DNA of 64,000 bases from a bacterium. Its GTDB lineage: Bacteria; UBA8248. The position numbers and the translations under genes were made by a program. The notes below the pieces were generated by a model. The model did no database searches and was not told the origin of the DNA. It saw only the letters and a program-made list of their open reading frames with translations. The stretch is taken from assembly GCA_965202625.1 (NCBI GenBank), contig CBDBBI010000010.1:576001-640000 (forward strand). Reading direction: 5' to 3'. Below, in pieces: positions 53,268 through 62,677 of this stretch (position 1 is its first letter; every line of letters begins with the position of its first letter).

Positions 53268-53378
53268 TGCGGCGGGCACCAATTTTTCCGCCGTTTCGAG
53301 ACGCTTGCAAAGCTTTGAAATATCCTTTACAAAATGTTCTGGGGTTTGGGAACTTCGGCACCTCCTCTCAGGAAGAAC

Positions 53379-54077
53379 ATGAACAACCTCAGAATCCTAC
53401 TTATCGGCCTTCCCCTCCTCCCCGTATGGATAACGACATCCGCCCAGGCGGAAAGCACCTTTCTCGTGTATACGAAGACGCTATCCGGCCAGCCCCGTAT
53501 CGTTCTCCCACACGGAGAGAAAATTTTTCTCCAAGGCAAACGCTTGATACGTCCGGGCGAGCGTGTCGTCACGAGCGAGGGTTCGCGAGTGCTCATCCAT
53601 TTTTTGCGGCGACCAGGTTGTCGGCTCGTCCTGGAGCCGAATAGCTCCTTCCAATTGATGGACATGAAACCGGGCAACACGTATTTCACAAAACTGCACC
53701 GGGGAGTCGTGAAATGCGAGAAATCCACTTGCGGGCTCAACCTGAGCGTCGCAACGCCGACGGGAATGCTGCGCGGCAAGGGCGCGGAATTCGCCCTGCA
53801 AGCCTATCGCCATTCCACCACCGTGATACTGAAAAGGGGACAAATGCGTTTGCTCGTCGGCGGCCAGGCTATCGCGCTGCGCGAAATGACGCGCACCACG
53901 GTTTCAAGGACGGGGGGACACCGAATCGCCACAATGTACAGCGGTGATTTTCGGATATATCGCCCGCGCGACGCCTTCCCCTCCCCGCCTCCAAAATCTC
54001 GCTCGTTTTCCACCAATCGCCGGCTTCCTAAAAACCGTATCTCGCCAGTCTCAACGCCAACAACGCGCAGCCCTTGA
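53379..54077 (+). CDS. Exported FecR-like domain protein
   Basis: Signal peptide; GERVVT...SRV, VATPTG...KGAEF pattern. Confidence 0.55.
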   Translation: MNNLRILLIGLPLLPVWITTSAQAESTFLVYTKTLSGQPRIVLPHGEKIFLQGKRLIRPGERVVTSEGSRVLIHFLRRPGCRLVLEPNSSFQLMDMKPGNTYFTKLHRGVVKCEKSTCGLNLSVATPTGMLRGKGAEFALQAYRHSTTVILKRGQMRLLVGGQAIALREMTRTTVSRTGGHRIATMYSGDFRIYRPRDAFPSPPPKSRSFSTNRRLPKNRISPVSTPTTRSP

Positions 54078-54183
54078 CGAAAAACTGCTTTACCTCTACT
54101 AAATGGTGGAAACTAGCTTTTCTGCCTTCGGACCGATGTAATCGTCGGTCGTCAGTTTTTTTGAGAAACGCCATATTTTAGGT

Positions 54184-54260
<77 letters not shown>

Positions 54261-54351
54261 TCTTATCTCGCAACATTGCTCGCAGTCGGCCGTCTCCCGC
54301 ACCCAAATCGAGAGAGATGAACAAATCGCACGTTCGGTCAGGTCTCAGCAG

Positions 54352-55263
54352 GTGGAGCTCGGTTTCATTGGCCTAGGAAGAATGGGGGGCGAGATTTGCG
54401 GCCACCTGCTTCGGGCCGGTCATACGGTGACCGCCTACGATGTGCGCGAGCAGGCCGTCTCGGAAGCAGAAAAAAAGGGGGCGCGCCCCGGAAAAAGTGC
54501 AGCAGATGTCGCCTCCCACTCCGATGTCATCTTCACATCTCTGCCCCATCCAAGAATATCGCGCGAGGTGATTCTCTGCGAAGAAGGCGTTCTGGCGGGC
54601 GCGCGTGAGGGTGCTCTCCTAGCGGAGACGAGCACTGTCTCCCCTTCTCTCATCAAGGAATTGGCTCCCCGGACGAAGGCGCGAGGAGTCGAGTTGATAG
54701 ACGCCGCTGTGAGCGGCGGCGTGCAGGGGGCCCGTGCCGGAACTCTCACGCTGATGGTAGGCGGGAGCCAGGCGGGTTTCGAGAAGCTTAAGCCCCTCCT
54801 CGCGCACTTCGGGAGGAACCTCTTTCATTGCGGCGCACCGGGCATGGGCATGTTGTTCAAGGTGGTAAACAACATGCTCTCTCACGTGAACCTCGTGGCG
54901 TTGGCGGAAGCCATGTCTTTGGGCGTCGCGGCGGGGGCCGATCCCGATTTGCTCTGCGACGTCATCGCCGTCAGTTCGGGCCGCAGTCGCCAAGTGGAGG
55001 ACAGGCTCAGAAAGCACATATTGCCGGGAGAATTCACTCCGGGGATGACGACCGACCTCGCAACGAAGGATTCTGAGCTGTGCCTTGAACTGGCGCGCGA
55101 GTTACGCGTTCCCACCTTCATCGCCAGTGCATCCCATCACGTCTATGAAATGGCAATTCAGAAAGGATACGGGGAGGAAGAATACGCCGCACTCATCAAA
55201 CTCTGGGAAGAATGGCTGGATATTGAAGTGCGCTCTTCGAAAAGAGAACGAGACACCACATAG
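54352..55263 (+). CDS. NAD(P)-dependent oxidoreductase, 3-hydroxyisobutyrate dehydrogenase family
   Basis: GFIGLGRMG, DAAVSGG..GA..GTL..MVGG, KVVNN, KD. Confidence 0.92.
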   Translation: MELGFIGLGRMGGEICGHLLRAGHTVTAYDVREQAVSEAEKKGARPGKSAADVASHSDVIFTSLPHPRISREVILCEEGVLAGAREGALLAETSTVSPSLIKELAPRTKARGVELIDAAVSGGVQGARAGTLTLMVGGSQAGFEKLKPLLAHFGRNLFHCGAPGMGMLFKVVNNMLSHVNLVALAEAMSLGVAAGADPDLLCDVIAVSSGRSRQVEDRLRKHILPGEFTPGMTTDLATKDSELCLELARELRVPTFIASASHHVYEMAIQKGYGEEEYAALIKLWEEWLDIEVRSSKRERDTT

Positions 55264-55853
55264 GAGGCGTTCGATGACACCCGGCTTTTCAGGCGAGACC
55301 TTGGCGTGAAGGATTCCTGAAATGGACCCAGAGGAAATGGCGGCTCCCACATGCGCTGAGACCGCGGATCTCGCCTTGGCCGCGATTTGTGGCATGGATA
55401 CGGGCGGCTCTTATGGGGCTCGGCGGATATCAAGCCCACGAACGGTCTCATGGAAACGGCGACGGGACGATGGCACCCTCCTGGACGCTGATTCACAACC
55501 CTTTGCAACGGCTAAAATATCCCGTTAAAAGCCCTTGAAAACGGGTGAAAAACGCTCTGTTTTGTCTTTTCATCGCAAAATTCGTAATTATCTTGTTCCT
55601 ACACAACCTTCCCAACGGCACCACTCTCAAGTTTGAGGTAAGCGTCCGGCATCAGAACTGCAATGCCTCCTTTCTCCGCTTGAAACAGCCGAAGAATTGT
55701 AACGCGCTTAGATGAGAATTTCAGATCATTTTCATTGCAGGAATGAGTGAATAAGATATTGATATCTAATAAAAATATATCTATCCGATGCTATCGGAAA
55801 AGTTGTAAAAATTGGACGGAAGGCCCTATGCAGAGTTGAGACAGAAAGGAACG

Positions 55854-57719
55854 TTATGATGCGTCCTCTTCGTTTTCCTCCTCTTTCTCCCAGCTTTCCA
55901 CCGATTTAGGGAGGTTATCCTCGTTGAATCCCTTCTTCATGCGGTAAATTTTTCCGCCTTCTCTCACATAAATAAATGGCGACCCCGCCTTCCGAGCGAA
56001 TATGAACGGCCCCCATCGCTCATGGCGAATGTCCTTGCCGGACAGCTCGACGATGAAGTTCTTGAAGTCAGGCACCTCACCCAGCTCTGCCTCCCCTTCT
56101 TTTTCAAAATCTCTAAGAGCACCTATCAGGTTGTCCACCTTGCTGAATTCGATCTTCTTCCCTTCTGGAGCGAGGAATTTCCATTTCTCGCCAAAACGCT
56201 CTAGTCTCATAGAGGATTCGTCAGGAAAGCGGGCCATAACCTGCGTTATTTCCTCATCTTTCTCATAAACCACGAGTCGCCGTTCGCTTAAAAAATAAGG
56301 TGTTTTTGTAATTTTATCATAATCCTCTTTCCTGATGGCGAATAAACGTTTCTCATCGTCGATGCGGCCATAAGCCCGATTCTTATCTTTCAAGAATCGC
56401 CCGACGATAAAGGACTTTTTTTTAATTCGCCCATCTTTTATCTCTTTGAGCCACAAAGTATACCGAAGTGGCGCGTCCCCCCCCTCGCCTCGGGTTAGCG
56501 CGTATTTCGACAAATCCTCACCCGGAGCATCCACATATTCTATTGACGTGATCCATTTGATATCCCACAAGAGATCATCCACATGCTTATGGCGGCCAAC
56601 AAACTGCTTTTTTTGCGTTCCATTGGGCGTGGTGAGGTCGAGGTCCCACTTCTTTTTTGCTTTCCGGTGAATGTTGAGCCCTTGGGATTTCGATTCAATC
56701 AAAAGGCGCGTGATGTGGTCTACGTCATAGTCGATGACGCTCTTGTGTCTTAAGGAGAACACGGACTTTGGCAGATCTTTGAACGTCTTCTCGTTGATCA
56801 ACATCACGGGACCGCCAGAGAGCCGCCTGGCATAATAATAGACCTTTGCCTTTTTGTCAGGGTTTTTAGGGGCGGGCACTTCCATTTTTTGTTTTCCTAG
56901 GATGACGCCGTCTTCCGCCTTCTTATTGTCCTTAGTGAATATGCGCACAGTTATTATGGGTTGATCGAGGCCATAAGGAGCCAGCTTCTCTGGGTTTTCA
57001 TCCACAAATCTTTGCACCTTGTCCCATCTCAAAGTCGATACGATGCCCTCAGAATCAATCGCGTCGGCCCTGTCCTCGATCGGATTCACCAATTCCCATT
57101 CATCTTTTCCTCTTCGGACGACGGTAAAGTCACCGCCATCCAGAGGTTCGACGATTACCTTTTGGGCGCGCTCGGGCATGATGGGAACAATCGACCTGTC
57201 CCGAATGCTGAACACCGTCTTGTCGAATTTAGCGACATCGGAAAGCTGAAGAGTGAAAATACCAGGGGTTTTTCCCAATTCTGCATATCGAAATTCACGT
57301 GTGGGGGTCCTGTCCCCAATGTGAACCGAAACGTCCCCCTTATCTTTCAGCCCAAATGTGATTTTCATCTTTGGTTTGTCCATTCCGAATTCGGATTTAT
57401 TAGTTACGCTCCCAATACGCCGACGCTCCCTCAGATGGGCCGCCGCCTTCAAAAGTTTTTCCGTTTCCTCCTCATCTAGAGCAGCGTCCACAGGCTTGAC
57501 GAAACGCCAACCCTCCTCCGTTCGGATGATCTGATAGGGCTCTTCCTCTTTCAATACGTCAATGCGTATGAGTGCCTTCTCGTCGATTCCTTTGAGAAGT
57601 TTCACTTCCCGCTCCTTGGCGGCTTGCTCTTGCGCGGCCCATTTCACATCGTAGAAGTAGTACGCACCACCCATGAGCACCAAAACGAGAAGCAATATGA
57701 GGTTTTTCCTAGGGTTCAC
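55854..57719 (-). CDS. DUF4340-repeat membrane-anchored protein
   Basis: N-terminal TM; repeated W..V.P...AD and YGLD.P units; GTG start overlaps the upstream TGA. Confidence 0.85.
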   Translation of the reverse strand: MNPRKNLILLLVLVLMGGAYYFYDVKWAAQEQAAKEREVKLLKGIDEKALIRIDVLKEEEPYQIIRTEEGWRFVKPVDAALDEEETEKLLKAAAHLRERRRIGSVTNKSEFGMDKPKMKITFGLKDKGDVSVHIGDRTPTREFRYAELGKTPGIFTLQLSDVAKFDKTVFSIRDRSIVPIMPERAQKVIVEPLDGGDFTVVRRGKDEWELVNPIEDRADAIDSEGIVSTLRWDKVQRFVDENPEKLAPYGLDQPIITVRIFTKDNKKAEDGVILGKQKMEVPAPKNPDKKAKVYYYARRLSGGPVMLINEKTFKDLPKSVFSLRHKSVIDYDVDHITRLLIESKSQGLNIHRKAKKKWDLDLTTPNGTQKKQFVGRHKHVDDLLWDIKWITSIEYVDAPGEDLSKYALTRGEGGDAPLRYTLWLKEIKDGRIKKKSFIVGRFLKDKNRAYGRIDDEKRLFAIRKEDYDKITKTPYFLSERRLVVYEKDEEITQVMARFPDESSMRLERFGEKWKFLAPEGKKIEFSKVDNLIGALRDFEKEGEAELGEVPDFKNFIVELSGKDIRHERWGPFIFARKAGSPFIYVREGGKIYRMKKGFNEDNLPKSVESWEKEEENEEDAS

Positions 57720-60262
57720 CGCAGTCGCCTTCTCCTGACATAGACGGCGGCTCCGGCGAGAACGATGAACAAGGGCATCATCCAGACGGTGAATATGTGA
57801 ACGAATCTGCCCTCTCCTCCGGCCAGCACGAGAGGTTCGCCTGTGCGGCGTTTGGGGCGAATTGTGATCAGGTCTTTCTCGCCACCGAGCCAATTTACAG
57901 TATTGAACACGAGATTCGCGTTGCCCTGGGCGCCAATGAAAGCGTCGCTCGCAAAATCGGTATCCCCGAACACAACAATTCTGGCTTCGGTTTTCTCATC
58001 GCCGCTGTTTCTCTTCTCAGCCCCACTCGTCCGCCCATCGTTTTGTGCATCTTGCCCTTGCCCGAGCTTGTACAGATCCAAGGTGACGGTGACAGCTGCC
58101 CCTACCGGGACGGGGCCTTCTTTCTTGGTTTTCGGATCAAAGACGAGCTCGCCATCCTTGAGAGATACACTCTCGACGGTAAAACTTCCCGGGCCTGTTT
58201 TCACTAAATCCTCGGAGTGTAGTCCCGCCTTGGGCATGCCTATAGCAGATACGTGCCGAGCGGTAGGGAACACCGTCGCCAGTCCCCTAAGCTGTTTGGT
58301 AATGTCGTGTAATCCATAGTCCACGGCAAACGGAGTGATGACGTTTCCACCAGCTAGGGCGAAGCGCACCGCTTGGGGATCGACGACAAAGGATGTGGGA
58401 ATTTTGAACCCGTATTTTTCCAAGAGCACGGTCAGGCGGCCCCGCTTCATGTCAGGCTCCAGGAACACGAGAAGACGTCCGCCAGATTTGATGTAACCGT
58501 CAATATATTCGATTTCAATTTCTTCTAATTCTTTTTTTGGGGCAGAGATAATCAGCAAGTTGGCGTTTTCAGGCACACCTTTTTTTCTTAAGAGCAGAAG
58601 TTCATCCACTTGGTAATTGTCATCTCTCATGCCAATAGCCAGCGTTCTCATCACCTCGCGCCCTTGGCCGGAGAAGAGGCGCTCTCCATGACCAGTGAGG
58701 TAATATACGCGTTTTTGTGCGGTTTGAATGGTTTTCAATATCGCGTTGGCAAACGAGTTTTCCGAAAGATCGAAGATTTTTTCCGATCGAAAGAGCTTTG
58801 TTTGCTCCGCGTCCCCGGAGCTTGCCTTGTTCAACCGTTCCATTTCTTCTTTGCCTTTGCTGAAATGATGAATCACTACCAGCGTACCATAGGCATCCAC
58901 ATCATATTTTCGAGCGGCCCGCGGGGAGGCGTCCAAATCCAGGAAGCGAAAAGTGAGTTGTTTAGACGCTTGCGCGTATTGCTCTAAGATTTCCGTAATC
59001 GCGGGTTGTTCGAGCTTTCGGGTAAAAGCGATGATCTCGATGCGCCTTTTCTCTCTATCCAGTTTGTTCAGCAAATTCCTGGTTTTCGCAGATAGGCTAA
59101 AAAAATTTCCTGGGGTGATGTCCCATCGCTTGAAGTGCTTCACGCTCACAAGTTCAACGACGATCAAAATAGCTACGACTACGATAATCATCAAGCCAAC
59201 TTGTATGTTTGTGCTTGTGGAACGGAGTCCTATCCCACCTTGGAATTTTCGGCGCGAAATCCAAGTCGTGTACACAAAGCAGATTATTCCCAAGGCGATG
59301 GTGGCATAAGCCCATTTGGGGGGGGGGGAGAATTGGTCATTCCCGGCCCAGCCAGAGATGCCAATCATCAGTAATGCGGCCGAGGCGATGAACAGATAAA
59401 GGCTTCTGCTTTCCCAATCTCTTCTCCCTTCGCCTGCAACACTCAAGGGGACTGGGCGTCCCGCTGGTTCTTTCGTCGTTGAGACAACCTCTTTCCATTT
59501 ATAGTACTCTAGGGATCTGAGCACAAAAAAAACGCACAAGATATTGACGTTCAAGAGATAAATAATATCGCGGGTGTCTATGATGCCGCGTATGAAATTT
59601 CGCAAGTGCATTCCGAAGGAAATATGCCTGAGAATCGTGTTTATCGGCGCACTCGCCGACGCCGCAAGAAAATCGACTAAGAAAGTCGCGAGAAGCACCA
59701 TAAAAGCGACCATAGCGGCGACAATCTGATTTGAAGTCCAAGAGCTAGCCAGCAATCCAACGGATAGAAACGCCGCACCAAGCAATAGCATTCCAAGATA
59801 GGCGGAGGAGACTATGGACCACTCTACTTTGACGAAAGCACTCAGAATGACGGGATAGATGAGCGTTATCGCTAGCATCACCAAATAGAAGGACAAAACA
59901 GAGAGGTATTTCCCAGCGAACATCTGCCCGTTGCGCAATGGAAAAGTGAGCATCAACTCCATCGTCCCCTGCTTTTTCTCCTCGCTGAACAGGCGCATCG
60001 TGAGCAATGGCGCGACGAACAAAAGGATGACGGTGACACTGGAGAACACGGGTTCGAGGATGGCGGAGGTAGGGGTGATGTTGTATTGCGCAGCTGCCTG
60101 AGGGTTCCTAGCCAGCTGCATCGAAACGGCGGCATACGTCAGAAACGCGCCAGAATAGAATATGCCCATCAATACCGCCCACGCCGAGAGAATCACGTAA
60201 GCGATAGGCGAGAAAAAAAACGAGGCGATCTCGCGTCGGCATATCCAAAAAGCATTATGCAT
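57716..60262 (-). CDS. Fused ABC-2 permease (GldF-like) + GldG-like extracytoplasmic protein
   Basis: RREIASFFFSPIAY, LTMRLFSEEKKQGTMEL; then FSLSAKT, YYLTGHGE, GGRLLVFLEP, VFGDTDF, NWL. Confidence 0.88.
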   Translation of the reverse strand: MHNAFWICRREIASFFFSPIAYVILSAWAVLMGIFYSGAFLTYAAVSMQLARNPQAAAQYNITPTSAILEPVFSSVTVILLFVAPLLTMRLFSEEKKQGTMELMLTFPLRNGQMFAGKYLSVLSFYLVMLAITLIYPVILSAFVKVEWSIVSSAYLGMLLLGAAFLSVGLLASSWTSNQIVAAMVAFMVLLATFLVDFLAASASAPINTILRHISFGMHLRNFIRGIIDTRDIIYLLNVNILCVFFVLRSLEYYKWKEVVSTTKEPAGRPVPLSVAGEGRRDWESRSLYLFIASAALLMIGISGWAGNDQFSPPPKWAYATIALGIICFVYTTWISRRKFQGGIGLRSTSTNIQVGLMIIVVVAILIVVELVSVKHFKRWDITPGNFFSLSAKTRNLLNKLDREKRRIEIIAFTRKLEQPAITEILEQYAQASKQLTFRFLDLDASPRAARKYDVDAYGTLVVIHHFSKGKEEMERLNKASSGDAEQTKLFRSEKIFDLSENSFANAILKTIQTAQKRVYYLTGHGERLFSGQGREVMRTLAIGMRDDNYQVDELLLLRKKGVPENANLLIISAPKKELEEIEIEYIDGYIKSGGRLLVFLEPDMKRGRLTVLLEKYGFKIPTSFVVDPQAVRFALAGGNVITPFAVDYGLHDITKQLRGLATVFPTARHVSAIGMPKAGLHSEDLVKTGPGSFTVESVSLKDGELVFDPKTKKEGPVPVGAAVTVTLDLYKLGQGQDAQNDGRTSGAEKRNSGDEKTEARIVVFGDTDFASDAFIGAQGNANLVFNTVNWLGGEKDLITIRPKRRTGEPLVLAGGEGRFVHIFTVWMMPLFIVLAGAAVYVRRRRLR

Positions 60263-61238
60263 TTATGATAGTTTCCTCAGAAATTTCCTCATCATGCTTC
60301 TGCTCTCCGCTGACGATCCGGACGAAAATATCTTCCAGCGTGAGTCTTATTTGGCGGAGTTCAGTGAGATTTCCCCCCGCCGCGGACACGGCGGCCACGA
60401 GATCGGGGCGAACATCGTCCCCACCTTTTGCGTGAACCTCGAAATGCACCTCTTCTCCCGTGGACGTGCCGAGCAATTCCACACTCTCTACTCTCGATAC
60501 GGCTCGCATCTTGCTGAATAAGGCGTCCGCCCTCCCGATGGCCGAAATGCGGATAGTCGAATCCGCCTGCATATCTACCGCAAGCGTATCAAGCGCGCCC
60601 TCGGCCGCCACTTTTCCGTGATGGACGATAACAACGCGGTCGCAAACCATGGTAACTTCCGGGAGAATGTGCGTGCTCAAGATGATTGTTCGATCGCCCT
60701 TGAGCTCCGAGATTAGGTTTCTGATTTCCACGATCTGGGCCGGATCCAGCCCCGACGTAGGCTCATCAAGAATCAATACGGGCGGGTCGTTCACCATGGC
60801 TTGGGCAAGACCGACCCGCTGACGATATCCTTTGGAGAGATGGCCAATAATGCGATGGGCGACGTCATCTAGGCCGCAACTGCCGACGACTTTCTGGATT
60901 CCGGCGTCCTTATCCGCCCCACTCATGCCTTTCATGGACGCCACGAAGCCCAGATATGATTTTACAGTCATATCGGCGTACAAAGGATTGTTTTCAGGAA
61001 GATAGCCCAAGCGTTTTTGCACCTCCAAAGGTTCTTGGGAAATGCTGAAATTCGCCACCCAGGCCGAGCCGGAGCTCGGAGGCATATAGCCTGTCAAAAT
61101 ACGCATGGTGGTGGACTTCCCGGCACCATTTGGGCCAAGAAAGCCCAACACCTCTCCTGCTTCGACGTGAAACGATACATCAACCACGCCTCGAAGGTTG
61201 CCGTAGTATTTTGTGAGGTTTTCAACTCGTATCAACAA
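60255..61238 (-). CDS. ABC transporter ATP-binding protein (GldA-like)
   Basis: GPNGAGKSTT, LSKGYRQRVGLAQA, LDEPT, STHIL. Confidence 0.93.
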   Translation of the reverse strand: MLIRVENLTKYYGNLRGVVDVSFHVEAGEVLGFLGPNGAGKSTTMRILTGYMPPSSGSAWVANFSISQEPLEVQKRLGYLPENNPLYADMTVKSYLGFVASMKGMSGADKDAGIQKVVGSCGLDDVAHRIIGHLSKGYRQRVGLAQAMVNDPPVLILDEPTSGLDPAQIVEIRNLISELKGDRTIILSTHILPEVTMVCDRVVIVHHGKVAAEGALDTLAVDMQADSTIRISAIGRADALFSKMRAVSRVESVELLGTSTGEEVHFEVHAKGGDDVRPDLVAAVSAAGGNLTELRQIRLTLEDIFVRIVSGEQKHDEEISEETIINA

Positions 61239-61407
61239 AAAATTCCTTGAGAGAGCTTATTTGCCGGAAAATGATACACTGACTTCCAAGCCGCTATTAT
61301 ACTCTGAAAAATCAAGTTGCTGAGGTCTCTTGATGATTGAAAACACCTAATGAAAATTCAAGAGACACTAATAGATCAAAAAAATAAACCTTTTATTTAT
61401 CAATATG

Positions 61408-61434
61408 TTGGCACTCAATGTCCTAGAATGCCAG
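61408..61434 (-). promoter_or_regulatory. CIRCE-like HrcA operator
   Basis: TTGGCACTC-N9-GAATGCCAG vs consensus TTAGCACTC-N9-GAGTGCTAA. Confidence 0.65.
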
Positions 61435-61438
61435 TGTC

Positions 61439-61467
61439 AAAATAGTCACTTGCCCCTTTTTTGTCAA
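61439..61467 (-). promoter_or_regulatory. Candidate sigma70 promoter directly upstream of the CIRCE
   Basis: Minus strand TTGACA-17 nt-TATTTT. Confidence 0.6.
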
Positions 61468-61520
61468 CTGAATTTGAAAACATTTTTTTCTCTCGGAAAT
61501 CGGTGGGAGTTTTTGACCCC

Positions 61521-62525
61521 TTAATTTTTCGTCCGCAGGTCCCCTCGAGTAGCCGCATTTTTCAAGATAGCGGGAACGTTCAGTATCGTCGGCCCATCCA
61601 AGCGCAACGATATTTCTATATCCTCCCCCTTGCCCAGAAGGTCTTCCCGCTCCCCATCAAAGGCAAGGATACTATCCTCAGAGGCTTGATAATGAACGCA
61701 TTCTCCAACTTTGATTATCTCATGTCTTTCCACAAGCGCGGAGACAACCTGACCAGGGCCAATAGGAGATAAAATAAGATGTCCACTTTTTTTCTTCATT
61801 CCCAGCTTCAGCCAAAGCCCTATGGGGTCGCTCGAATCAATAGGGCACAAACTCGCGCCCAAAGAGGAAAGTCCCAAACGTCCAGGCTCGCTTCTCGTCA
61901 ATGCGATTGAATCCACCCGCCTTACGTCCCAAATCGCGCGCGACCCAGAAAATGATTCCTTGATGATGGCAATATCCACCAAAGCGTTTTCAAAGCGACC
62001 GCGAAGATTCACGTGAAGCTGTTTTGTCGCTTTTTTCTCACTTTCATACGGTTTTGGATGAAGGGCATACAAGCCAGCGGCCATGCCCGCCACGGTGCCT
62101 TCCCAGGTAAAGGGAAAGGCGTTGTTTGTTCCGGTCGATAAGGGGATCAGGGACGTTTTTCCGCATCCTTTGGCAACGGCTCGACATGTGCCGTCGCCTC
62201 CAAGGACAATGATGCACCGGACACCCAGTCCAGCAAGTTTTTGAGCCGCTTTCGTGGAGTCGGCCGTCTCCCCTCTCGCGTCGACTTCAAAGAGCTTCGC
62301 GTTCACGGTTTTGTTCTCATGTCGGGACCCATCAAGTGCGGCAGCCCCCAGAGAGCCGAGATCGTTAAACATCCATATTTCATCCACGCCTATGGAGACG
62401 AGACCTGCTATCACGCGGCGAAGCATCAAGACCTTCTCGTTATTGCTAAAAGAGCTTGCCAGTGCGACCAGCCTTCGAATGTCCTTGCCCGATTGTGGAT
62501 TCGCTATTATTCCAACACTCGCCAC
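61521..62525 (-). CDS. ATP-NAD kinase family protein (AcoX-like)
   Basis: VGIIANPQSGKDIRRLV, LGGDGT, STGTNNAFP, DGERE. Confidence 0.88.
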   Translation of the reverse strand: MASVGIIANPQSGKDIRRLVALASSFSNNEKVLMLRRVIAGLVSIGVDEIWMFNDLGSLGAAALDGSRHENKTVNAKLFEVDARGETADSTKAAQKLAGLGVRCIIVLGGDGTCRAVAKGCGKTSLIPLSTGTNNAFPFTWEGTVAGMAAGLYALHPKPYESEKKATKQLHVNLRGRFENALVDIAIIKESFSGSRAIWDVRRVDSIALTRSEPGRLGLSSLGASLCPIDSSDPIGLWLKLGMKKKSGHLILSPIGPGQVVSALVERHEIIKVGECVHYQASEDSILAFDGEREDLLGKGEDIEISLRLDGPTILNVPAILKNAATRGDLRTKN

Positions 62526-62677
62526 CGTTTCCCCCTCATTTTCCCACCATGAGAAAGTTTTCTCACGATGAGAAAGAATGCGCGTATTCATGTAACATAA
62601 AGGGTACATGGAATCGACGAAAAGGGCGATGCGTCGGCCACGTTTCCCTTTCCCCATCAAATGCGCTGAGCCGCAAT

